From the IMG/VR virus record IMGVR_UViG_2912838376_000002, positions 128,001 through 192,000 of that record: 64,000 nt of DNA; one strand, 5' to 3'. The notes beneath the pieces were generated by a model, which was given only the letters and a program-made list of their open reading frames with translations, had not been told where the DNA came from and did no database searches. Positions 9,846 through 21,100 of this stretch are shown one piece after another. The position numbers were made by a program, and so were the translations under genes. This DNA is from a virus. Its lineage: Duplodnaviria; Caudoviricetes. Position 1 is the first letter of the stretch; each line of letters opens with the position of its first letter.

Positions 9846-10712
9846 TTATGACAACTCTGCTCTATTTTTTCTAATTTTGATAGCTCGCCAAAACAAACCT
9901 TGTGACGGTGAGAAAAAGAATGCTAATGCGAACAAGAATGTTGCGACAAGAACAATTGTTGCACCTGAAGCAAGATTATAAGAGAAACTAAAATATAACC
10001 CTACTACAGATGAAAGCGCACCAATGCTTGCTGCTAAATAAATCATGACCCATAAACGGTTTGTTAATAAATACGCTGTAGCCGCTGGTGTAATAAGCAT
10101 CGCAACGACTAGAATAATTCCAACAGTTTGAAGTGAAGCTACTGTAACCATTGTAAGGAGAATCATTAAGCCATAATGAATCCATTTATTCGGTAATCCA
10201 TAGCTTTGCGCCATCGTTGGATCAAACGTGGATACGAGTAATTCTTTGTAAAACAACATTACAAGACCAATAATGACCACTCCAATAATCAATGTCATCC
10301 ACATATCAGAAGAACGAACCGATAAGACATTCCCGAATAAAATATGATACAAATCAGAACTACTCTTCATAAAGGTAATTAAAATAATCCCTACAGCGAA
10401 AACAGATGTAAACATAATTCCTATCGCCATATCATGTTTAATACGACTATTTTGACTTACAAATCCGATTCCTACTGCAGTAATAACACCTGTTAAAACC
10501 GCTCCTATAAAATAGTTCATTCCAATCATATAAGAAAGCGCTACTCCTGGAAGAACAGCATGCGAAATGGCATCTCCCATTAAAGCCATACCTCGTAAAA
10601 TAATAAAACAGCCAATTACGCCGCAAATAACTCCTACCATAACGGAAGTTAATAACGCTTTCTGCAGAAAACCGTACTGCATTAATGCATCTATAAATTC
10701 TACAATCTTCAT
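9846..10712 (-). CDS. Mn/Zn ABC transporter permease
   Basis: GDAISHAVLPGVA motif, multi-TM. Confidence 0.92.
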   Translation of the reverse strand: MKIVEFIDALMQYGFLQKALLTSVMVGVICGVIGCFIILRGMALMGDAISHAVLPGVALSYMIGMNYFIGAVLTGVITAVGIGFVSQNSRIKHDMAIGIMFTSVFAVGIILITFMKSSSDLYHILFGNVLSVRSSDMWMTLIIGVVIIGLVMLFYKELLVSTFDPTMAQSYGLPNKWIHYGLMILLTMVTVASLQTVGIILVVAMLITPAATAYLLTNRLWVMIYLAASIGALSSVVGLYFSFSYNLASGATIVLVATFLFALAFFFSPSQGLFWRAIKIRKNRAELS

Positions 10713-11458
10713 GATGAATGTACCTCCGCTGCATTATTAAACAATATGCCGTGATTTACATACGCTTTTGACATAACAGTTGGTTCTAATACTTGCCTTA
10801 CTTCTCCGTAATGAATTAAGCTCTTATTCAATAATAGTAATTTATCAAAATAGGACTCCGCTTTACTTAAATCATGATGTACAACAACAATTGTTTTCCC
10901 TTCTTTACGTAATTCTCTAAGAATTTTAATAATTGTCTCTTCACTCGTTACATCAATTCCAACAAACGGTTCATCTAAGAAAAATATCTCCGCCTTTTGT
11001 GCTAATGCTCTCGCTAAAAAAACACGTTGTTGTTGTCCACCTGACAACTCACCGATTTGGCGATTTTTAAACTCTTCCATTCTGACTTTTTTTAGACATT
11101 CAAATGCCCAATCCCGATGTTCTTTCTTTGGTCTTTTCATCATTCCTAAAGATGGATACGTTCCGATTAGTACCACATCTAAAACTGTAATCGGGAAATC
11201 CCAATCTATATCACTTCTTTGCGGTACATATGCAACACGCTTTCTAACGCTTCGAATATCCTCACCAAGAATTCGTACATATCCCTTATCATTTGGGATT
11301 AAATCTAAAATAGCTTTCATTAAAGTAGATTTCCCTGCTCCATTTGGGCCAATAATTCCAACTAGCTTTCCCTTTTCAATCTCAAAAGAAACATTTTGAA
11401 CCACTTGATTCCCTTGATATGATATAAATAAATCTTTGACAACTATAGCCTCAACCAT
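10709..11458 (-). CDS. Mn/Zn ABC transporter ATP-binding protein
   Basis: GPNGAGKST, LSGGQQQR, LDEPF. Confidence 0.93.
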   Translation of the reverse strand: MVEAIVVKDLFISYQGNQVVQNVSFEIEKGKLVGIIGPNGAGKSTLMKAILDLIPNDKGYVRILGEDIRSVRKRVAYVPQRSDIDWDFPITVLDVVLIGTYPSLGMMKRPKKEHRDWAFECLKKVRMEEFKNRQIGELSGGQQQRVFLARALAQKAEIFFLDEPFVGIDVTSEETIIKILRELRKEGKTIVVVHHDLSKAESYFDKLLLLNKSLIHYGEVRQVLEPTVMSKAYVNHGILFNNAAEVHSS

Positions 11459-11499
11459 TTTTTATGCATTCCCCTTTCTTTTTTTCGTTTATATAATTA

Positions 11500-11600
11500 T
11501 TTTGCACAAAGGCAACTTTTTAACAAAAAAATATATGTTGTATCACATTATACATATAATGTAAATTCTATTCCATATCCAAGTTTCCCTAGTGAAACTT
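11500..11600. promoter_or_regulatory. two putative MntR/DtxR-type operators upstream of the metal ABC operon
   Basis: TTTTGCACAAAGGCAACTT (11500-11518) and palindrome AAGTTTCCCTAGTGAAACTT (11581-11600) resemble the MntR box. Confidence 0.55.
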
Positions 11601-11804
11601 TTTTATATGAGTCAAATTATATAAGCTCGGTGAAAATTTGTAAACTGATTTTAACTATTTTATGAACATATTGTGAAAACTTATCCCTCAAGAATAAAAA
11701 ATATCATACTTTTCTTAAATTATTTCGACACATATATTAGCCAATTCTATTAGTAATAAATAATAAACATATTATTTATTACTAATAGAATTGAGAGCAT
11801 ACAA

Positions 11805-12164
11805 TTGTGCAACCCAAATGATTTAGATGTGAAAGCCAAGTTTATGCGTGGCTTTGCTGATAAAACAAGATTACAAATTCTTAAATGTATGATGGATGGT
11901 GAAAAAACAGTATCTGAAATTGTAGAAATCATTCAAGGAAATCAGTCGAATATATCCCAACATCTAAACTGCTTAAAAGGATGTGGCATCATTCTTGGTA
12001 GACAAAAAGGAAAATATGTCTACTATTCCTTACGCAATACGCAAATCGAACAGTTACTCACAATGTTCGATATTGTTTTTCATAAAGTACAAAACAAAGT
12101 AGCAGCATGTGATAAAAACGATGCTTGTTTATCTCAAAAAGGAGAGGACTGTCCTGACAGATAA
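11805..12164 (+). CDS. ArsR/SmtB-family metalloregulator
   Basis: FADKTRLQIL, TVSEI, QSNISQHLNCL, G.YVYYSL; Cys-rich tail. Confidence 0.9.
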   Translation: MCNPNDLDVKAKFMRGFADKTRLQILKCMMDGEKTVSEIVEIIQGNQSNISQHLNCLKGCGIILGRQKGKYVYYSLRNTQIEQLLTMFDIVFHKVQNKVAACDKNDACLSQKGEDCPDR

Positions 12165-12450
12165 GAAAGAGAATAAAAAACAAACAAATTGCTGTCAGGA
12201 TTCCACTTTAATACTTAAAAAAGAAGAGTTAACAAAAGAGATTTCTTGTTGTAGCAGTGAAAACGAAACAGTACAAGAAGAAATAACTAAAGAAACTTTG
12301 GCATGTTGTTCCTCTAAAAAAGAAATTCCTATTATCTCAGGTATTAAGGAAACCTCTTGTTGCAGTGGTAACAACGATTCTATAACAAAACGTTACTCCA
12401 ACACCTATACTGAATTCTTAATAGATGTACTAATATTTATTAATAACTAA
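12109..12450 (+). pseudogene. truncated N-terminus of a heavy-metal P1B-type ATPase (CadA-like)
   Basis: Four CC(S/Q) metal-binding repeats directly after arsR; stops short, close to the transposon right end. Confidence 0.6.
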
Positions 12451-12499
12451 AAGCTCCTAACATATTAGTCATATATAACATGTTAAGAGCTTTTAGTTT

Positions 12500-12579
12500 A
12501 AATGTACCACTTTGTTTTGTATTGTACTATTTTCTTTTAAGTTCACAGCGTTAGTCTACAACTTTGTTGTAATTATACA
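12500..12579 (-). repeat. Tn7-like right end with closely packed binding sites
   Basis: Reverse complement TGTATAAT + TACAACAAAGTTGTAGACTAAC, then degenerate copies (AAGAAAATAGTACAATAC, AAAACAAAGTGGTACATT). Confidence 0.75.
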
Positions 12580-13306
12580 CTAATTCAACTATTTCTTCAT
12601 GCCTAAATGGTTGTTTGCTACTAATTAGCAAGTCATCAGCATACCTAGTGTAAATAAAGGATTCCCCACTTCTTTTTGCCAATGCGTTGTTGATTTGAGT
12701 ATCTATACTAATCATCAACCAATTTGTAAGTATCGGAGAAAGCGGAGTTCCTTGCGGTAATTCATTTTCATGACAGGCTAAACCACATAAACTACTAATA
12801 AAACTCTTATAATCTGTTTCAGTCATTAAGCTGAATGGATACAGCTTTTTTAATTGGATAGTAATAACTTGTTCAGAACAATTGTTAAAGAATTTCTCTA
12901 AATCCATTTTGAGAAACCAATTTGATTTATTCCGTTGGTGACATTGTATTGCTTTTAAACAGTCACGGTTTGGGATGTATGCATAAGCTGAATCATGTGG
13001 TACTATACCAATGCTTTCTAAATCAAATTTAATTTCTCTCATAAAAGATTTGAGTTTTTCTTCTGGTGCTTTAATTGTTCTAAATCCACCAGTCATTTTA
13101 GGTAGATTAAAAATCGAATACTTAATAGCCGACTGATTATTGGTTAACCAGTCTTTTATTTTCTTTGTTAGTCCGAGTATTTGTTTATTTATTGCTTCGA
13201 ACTCACGGTACTGCTCAATTGTTATTTCTTCGGATTTTAATTTGGTAGTACTAAAACGCTGATACTTTGAATCATTTTGATTCTTTGTGTTGTGTGTATA
13301 GTACAT
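12580..13306 (-). pseudogene. 5' half of retron-type reverse transcriptase (RT0 to YADD), interrupted
   Basis: PKMTGGFRTIKAP, HDSAYAY, KMDLEKFF, LPQGTPLSP, YTRYADDLLIS; start MYYTH at 13306 with GAAAGGG SD. Confidence 0.9.
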
Positions 13307-13335
13307 ATCAATACCCTTTCTTTTTTTATCTTCTT

Positions 13336-13593
13336 GTTTAATAGTTCTTCGAAAGCATGTTCGTATATTTGACGAAGTATAGTGCAGTTCTCTGGATCTA
13401 ACTCCAGCTCCTGGAGCTGAGATGTTGCGCAGCCTCATCCGGGGCACCTGAAGCTCCCCCGGAGATGGGTGCAGCGCCAGCTGTTACTGGCCGTCTGGGT
13501 CCAGATGCACATTTCTCTCTCTAAAAGTGTGTTTCTCTTGCTCATTTGCTAAGAGATTTTAATTTGTCAGATTAAAATTTACAACTATTAAAC
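13336..13593 (-). ncRNA. putative retron msr-msd RNA
   Basis: 11-bp inverted arms GTTTAATAGTT (13336-13346) / AACTATTAAAC (13583-13593); two short msr-like hairpins (13535-13555, 13556-13578); GC-rich multi-stem msd-like region 13382-13510; directly upstream of the RT. Confidence 0.72.
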
Positions 13594-13672
13594 TTAATCC
13601 TAAAACGCTTTAGCTAATACAATCTTTTAAAAGTGTTTTGTCAATTAGTATTTTATGGACAACAAAAAAAAA

Positions 13673-13692
13673 GTAGGGGCGTTAGCCCCTAC
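13673..13692 (-). terminator. terminator of ligA with CUAACG loop
   Basis: GTAGGGGC-TAAC-GCCCCTAC followed by a T-run on the minus strand. Confidence 0.8.
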
Positions 13693-13696
13693 TAAA

Positions 13697-15703
<2,007 letters not shown>

Positions 15704-15721
15704 TTATATAGCCTGCTGCTT

Positions 15722-16921
15722 TTAGTGAGCCTTGAAATTGTACAGTGGTTTAATAATCTCTGCAATCTCTAATGAGTCTTTCGTATGCTCAACGATTTCA
15801 GCCATAGGTTTATATGCCATAGGGCTTTCATCTACTGTTGATTGTACTACAGATGTAGTCCATACATCCTTCATTGTTTCCTTGTATTCTTCAAGAGACA
15901 CCAACTCTTTTGCTTTGCTTCGAGACATTAATCTCCCTGCTCCGTGTGGGCCTGAAAAATTCCAATCAGGATTTCCTTTACCATAAGCTATAATACTACC
16001 ATCACGCATATTTAAAGGAATAATAACGCGCTCTCCTGCTTGAGCAGAAATAGCACCTTTGCGTAGAATCATATTATCCATATCAATGTAATTGTGAATA
16101 GTCGTAAACGAGTCTGCAACTTTCCAGTTCATTCTCGTAACAATTTCATTAACCATTGCTTTACGGTTTAACAAAGCATAATGTTGGGCAATTTTCATAT
16201 CGTTCATATAATCTTTAAATCCTTGACCTTCTAAGTAGGCAAGATCCTTTTGGATTTTTGGTTTCTTCACCATACTTAACGCCTCTTGGATTTCGGATTG
16301 GCGGCCGGCTGCTATTAATTCAGCAATAATACGGTCTTTCTCATCCTTAACATTTATTAACTCATCATAAGCCCGATTTTGATAATGTTCTGCAATTTGT
16401 TTACCTAGATTACGAGAACCAGAATGAATAACAAGTACAACTTTATCATCTAATTCGTTCAATTCAACGAAATGATTACCTCCCCCAAGAGTACCAATTG
16501 AATCTTTAGCACGATCTAATTTAAAGGGTGCTCTTACGTCACGAAAGTTCACTTGTTTTGAAAGTGGATGGCGTTGACTACTAGAACGAACATTGAAACC
16601 GCTCGGTACGTACTTGCGAATAATTTCGTCTAACTGGTCAAAATTAATTTCTGTTTTGTTTTTATCAATAATTGCAACTTCCATCCCACACCCGATGTCA
16701 ACTCCGACAAGATTTGGGACAATTTTATCAGTGATTGTCATTGTGGTACCAATTGTACAACCTGCTCCTGCATGAGTATCGGGCATAATGCGGATATTAC
16801 TACCCTCAGCAAAAGGCTGGTTACATAATTCAATAATCTGACCCATAGCTGTATCTTCTACGTTGTCTGTGAAAACTTTAGCGCTGTTATATTTACCTCT
16901 TAGTTCTAACATTGTATTCAC
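15722..16921 (-). CDS. rtcB: RtcB-family RNA ligase
   Basis: MPDTHAG, VGVDIGCG, GTLGGGNHFVE, HSGSR, HNY, RKGA, PHGAGR, DESPMAYK. Confidence 0.95.
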   Translation of the reverse strand: MNTMLELRGKYNSAKVFTDNVEDTAMGQIIELCNQPFAEGSNIRIMPDTHAGAGCTIGTTMTITDKIVPNLVGVDIGCGMEVAIIDKNKTEINFDQLDEIIRKYVPSGFNVRSSSQRHPLSKQVNFRDVRAPFKLDRAKDSIGTLGGGNHFVELNELDDKVVLVIHSGSRNLGKQIAEHYQNRAYDELINVKDEKDRIIAELIAAGRQSEIQEALSMVKKPKIQKDLAYLEGQGFKDYMNDMKIAQHYALLNRKAMVNEIVTRMNWKVADSFTTIHNYIDMDNMILRKGAISAQAGERVIIPLNMRDGSIIAYGKGNPDWNFSGPHGAGRLMSRSKAKELVSLEEYKETMKDVWTTSVVQSTVDESPMAYKPMAEIVEHTKDSLEIAEIIKPLYNFKAH

Positions 16922-16939
16922 TCCCCTTTTTTGTACTAA

Positions 16940-17179
16940 TTATTTCTGTGGGCAATATGGTTTTCCTTCTTGATTCAAAACTGGGGCAATTACTTTAGCA
17001 TAAGCTTCGCCTGTTTGCATATATTGACATCCAGTTTCTTTATCTTTAAAAATAGTTATATCACCACTAACTCTATCCTCACCAATTACTTCTAACCTAC
17101 CTAGTGAAGCACCTGCTGAACTTTCACATGCTCCTAATAGCATAACTCCAAGTAATACAATACCAATTGATTTTTTCAT
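16940..17179 (-). CDS. small lipoprotein (DUF6440-like)
   Basis: Lipobox LGAC; DKETGCQY...GKP pattern. Confidence 0.65.
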   Translation of the reverse strand: MKKSIGIVLLGVMLLGACESSAGASLGRLEVIGEDRVSGDITIFKDKETGCQYMQTGEAYAKVIAPVLNQEGKPYCPQK

Positions 17180-17228
17180 AGATATTCTCCTTATGAAAAT
17201 AAAAGCGGTTTTTACGCCGCTTTATTCT

Positions 17229-17885
17229 TTAGATATTTACAGAAAGTGCTTTTACTACGTCACTAACAAATGCCGGATCAAAACCTGGTTTCACTTCAAT
17301 AGAAGCTTCACCAATTTTAATGCGTAAGAAATCATCTTTATCTGTGTTGATATTATCTTGTTTGTTTGTTGACTTCTTAATAGGTTCTCCCGCTGAATTT
17401 AATAACGGTAAAACTAACTGAGTAGTTTTCACTTCTTGTGTTTTTGCTGCAGCTTTACCACGAATTAGGTCAGCCACTGTTTCTTCTACTGTTTTATCTA
17501 CAGATCTAGCACCGTGTACTTCTCGTAAAAGTGCGATGTCTTGAATAAAGTAGATACGGTGTTTGTATTTATTTCTACCGAATTTGTGCCCATACTTTTC
17601 TAAAAGAACAGAGTATCGACATAAAGTTCTATTCGAAATATTAAGCAGCTGAGTAACATCTTTCGCGAAATACTGCTTATCTGTTACCTCTTTCTTTTTA
17701 GCTTGTGCTACTCGGTAACTTTTAGTACCAGTATCTTCAATCCCAAGTTTCTTCATCCAATAAACAAGATTAGATTCGTGGAAGTCCTTACCATTGCAAA
17801 AATGATACTTACTTTCCCCGCTAGCTAAATATTCCGCAATTCTTTTCTTCCATAACCTTGTTTTGTTTCTAACTACTTTCGCCAT
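17229..17885 (-). CDS. IS66 TnpA-like protein with an inserted MerR-like HTH
   Basis: N-term W..RI..Y..SG.S...FC......L.YW.KKL; central AKDVTQLLNISNRTLCRYS..LEK.G..F; C-term LRIKIGEASIEVKPGFDP. Confidence 0.6.
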   Translation of the reverse strand: MAKVVRNKTRLWKKRIAEYLASGESKYHFCNGKDFHESNLVYWMKKLGIEDTGTKSYRVAQAKKKEVTDKQYFAKDVTQLLNISNRTLCRYSVLLEKYGHKFGRNKYKHRIYFIQDIALLREVHGARSVDKTVEETVADLIRGKAAAKTQEVKTTQLVLPLLNSAGEPIKKSTNKQDNINTDKDDFLRIKIGEASIEVKPGFDPAFVSDVVKALSVNI

Positions 17886-17938
17886 TACATATCTCCTCGT
17901 GTATTAGTAAGCAGAAGCGGATTTTACTCCGCTCTTAT

Positions 17939-18115
17939 TTAATTTGAATTTCTAATAAGTTTAACAGTGATATCAAGTAGGACAGCTGAAAAGAACACAA
18001 TGCTCAAGGAAAGAACTAGTTTAGTTATTTCAGTTGGTTTCTCTGTATAACATATTGCTTCTATAACGAGTACTAAAGCCCAAACTAGAAGCAATTTCTT
18101 TTCTTTTTTGAGCAT
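17939..18115 (-). CDS. small two-TM membrane protein (58 aa)
   Basis: MLKKEKKLLLVWALVLVIEAICY...LVLSLSIVFFSAVLLDITVKLIRNSN, directly after the dnaE stop. Confidence 0.5.
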   Translation of the reverse strand: MLKKEKKLLLVWALVLVIEAICYTEKPTEITKLVLSLSIVFFSAVLLDITVKLIRNSN

Positions 18116-18117
18116 AT

Positions 18118-21100
18118 TTACGCCACTCCTAATTGAACATTATCTTTCTCAATTTGCTTCCAGATATCTTTGTTGATTTTCTTCGGAATCGTAATCGAAT
18201 TAACAATAAAATCTTTTTGGTTTCGTTGCCAGTTCATCTGACCTTTTATACCAACCTTCATTATCATTCCTGCAACTAACCCCTCTTTTACCTGCTCATA
18301 ATGGGATGGGAACAGTGTTAAACTACGTTCACCCTCTAATGTATCAACTCGTAAGAAAGCCATGTTGTCGCCCTTCTTCGTGCGTATAACGCGTGCTTCT
18401 GTAAGAGCTACCATTGTTGTGTGAGTAGCATCATCTAACCCTTCCCAATCTGTAGGTTCAGCTAATCGATCAAGAACATGTCCGCTAATGTATAAACCAA
18501 GGACTTCACGCTCTTTTTCGAACTTGATACGGTCTGTATACTTTGTAATCTGTTCAATTAGTTCTGCATCTGGTGCTTCACCACGAACATCATACATATG
18601 GGCTAAATACTCAAAGCGGTTATTACATAACCCTTCAGATAAAGTATCAAAAGCACCTGAGTAACATAATGATGCAATTGCTTTCTTATTGAAGTTCTTC
18701 TTAGGAATACGATTGATTACATCTTTTGCTGATGTAAATGGACCACCAACTGCAACAGAACCTACTACAATATCAAGATCAGGAGTAGCTTCAATTTCAT
18801 CTGCTTCTTCTTGTGAGATTATAGTTTCTAATCCATCCGCATCACGAATAGCAGGAGCCATTCGTGGTTTTCGTTCTTCAAGAATTGCTTCTAGCGTTGC
18901 TTCTCCAAGGCCTTTAATAGCACCTAGTCCAAATCGAATTGCATTCTCACCATCAATCGTAAATCCAATTTCTGAACGATTAATATCTGGAGGTAATACT
19001 TCAATTCCCATATCTCGAATTACTTTTACTAATTTAACAACCTTATCTTCCTCTGTGTAGAATACTTGAAGTAATGCAGTCATGTACTCTAGAGGATAAT
19101 TAGCTTTAAGGTAAGCAGTTTGATAAGCGATATATGCGTAACATGCAGCATGAGAACGGTTAAATGCATAACCCGCGAACGGACGTATATCATCACAAAT
19201 CTTTGTAGCTACCTGAGCTGGTACGTTATTCAGTGTTAATCGATTATGAAGTTCTTCTAGTGCTGGCTCTAAGATTTCTATCTTTTTTTTGCCGACCGCT
19301 TTACGAAGAACATCTGCCTCCCCTTTTGAGTATCCTGCCATCTCAGTAGAAACCTGCATTACTTGTTCTTGGTAAATCATAATAGAGAACGTATTGCGTG
19401 TGATTTCATCAAAAGCAGGATGAACTTCAGGTACTTCTTCATGACCATTCGCCAATGCAGTATATTTAGGAATATAATCCATCGGACCCGGGCGATATAA
19501 TGATACGCCTGCAATTAATGTTTCAAAATCTACCTTGTTTAGACCCATAAACATTTTCTTCATTCCATCAGATTCAATCTGGAATATTCCATCCGTTTCT
19601 CCTCTTTGAATCATATCGAATGTTTTTTGGTCTTCTGGTATCAGATTATCTACATCAATTAAATAACCGTATCGATCTTCAACCATTCTTCGGCAAAGTT
19701 CAACTACTGATAAGTTTTTAAGTCCTAAGAAGTCAAACTTAATATATCCCTTAGCTTCTAAAGTAGGACCATCATATCCCGCAACACTTTCTCCGCCTTT
19801 TCCTCTTACAAGTGCTACTTCATTTGTAATTGGTTCAGCAGTAATAAGCATTCCGCAAGCATGAATACCTTGAGTACGTGGCATACTTTCTACTTCTAGA
19901 GCTAATTCAAATAATCTTGGATACTTTTTAGCATAAGCCTTCACTTCTTTAATCTCTTCTAAAGCTTCAGAGATGGGCATTACTTTACCTTGATGAGAAG
20001 GAATATATTTGTTTACTTCATTGATTTCATTGTGGTCAATACCAAGTGCTCGACCAATATCTTTTAATGCTGACTTAGTAGACAAAGTACCAAACGTTGC
20101 AATCTGTGCTACTTTATCTGCACCATATTTCTTAGTTACATATTCAATTACTTCGTGTCGTCTTAAATAATCGAAATCGGTATCTATATCTGGGAAACCA
20201 GGGCGTTCCGGATTAATAAAACGTTCAAATAATAGATTGTAACGAATCGGATCTAAGTTAGTAATACCTGTGACGTATGCTACAAGCGAACCTGCAGCTG
20301 AACCCCGACCAGGACCTACTAAAATACCATTACGTTTTGCATAGTTAATATAATCCCAAACTATCAACATATAAGCACTGATGTTTTTGTTTTTGATTAC
20401 TTCTAGCTCATAATCAAGTCTTCGTTTATATTTTCTATACATTTTGTAGAAGTTTTTCCCGACAAAGTTACCCTCTGCAATCTTCTCCATTAAGCCTTTA
20501 TTTGAAATATGAGCAAGATAACTATCGAAATCAAAGTCCTCTGGAACTTCAAACTCTGGATACTTAATGCTTGATTCATCTAAATCAACATGACAAGAAT
20601 GAGCTATGTTATAAGCATTAATCAGTGCTTCTTCTGGCATTCCCATCGCTAACATTTCTTCAGCAGAATAGAATACACAATGCTCATAAACGTCGATATC
20701 TGATTCATCTTCATCTTTACCTTTATTAATAGAGGTAATTGCTTTATGAACTGGACGATCTTCAGGACGTAACATATGTGCATCTGAAGTTGCTACTAGA
20801 GGAACGCCTAGTTCTTTTGACCACTCTATCAAAATATTATTTACAAAGATTTGTTCTTCCATTGTGCTAGGTTGAATTTCTAGATAAAACTCGTCAAAAC
20901 ACTTTTGGTAGAACTTAATATGGTTCTTTGCAACACGGAATTTACCTCTACGAATTAATTGTGGAATTGTTCCACCAAGACAAGATGAAGTTGCAATAAT
21001 TCCTTTACCATACTTCTTAATGTCACCATAATCGAATCGAGGTTTTCCGTAGAACCCTTCTACAGAACCAATCGTTGTTAATTTAATTAGGTTTTGATAA

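Larger units (their letters stand above)
6187..12579. mobile_element. non-autonomous Tn7-like transposon carrying metal/alkylation-response cargo
   Basis: Ends TGT (6187) ... ACA (12579); direct repeat CTAAT at 6182-6186 and 12580-12584; 22-bp TnsB-like sites; no tns genes seen inside. Confidence 0.85.

Noticed and set aside
13307-13447. N-terminal extension of the RT ORF (MPRMRLRNIS...)
   Set aside because: Runs through the GC-rich structured ncRNA and has no SD; ATG 13306 has a GAAAGGG SD
5844-13593. Group II intron or DGR interpretation of the RT
   Set aside because: Reconstructed RT is only 354 aa with no maturase/endonuclease domain; no intron domain V/VI or TR/VR repeat pair seen
17229-17885. 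Complete IS66 element
   Set aside because: No TnpB/TnpC genes, terminal inverted repeats or target duplication seen
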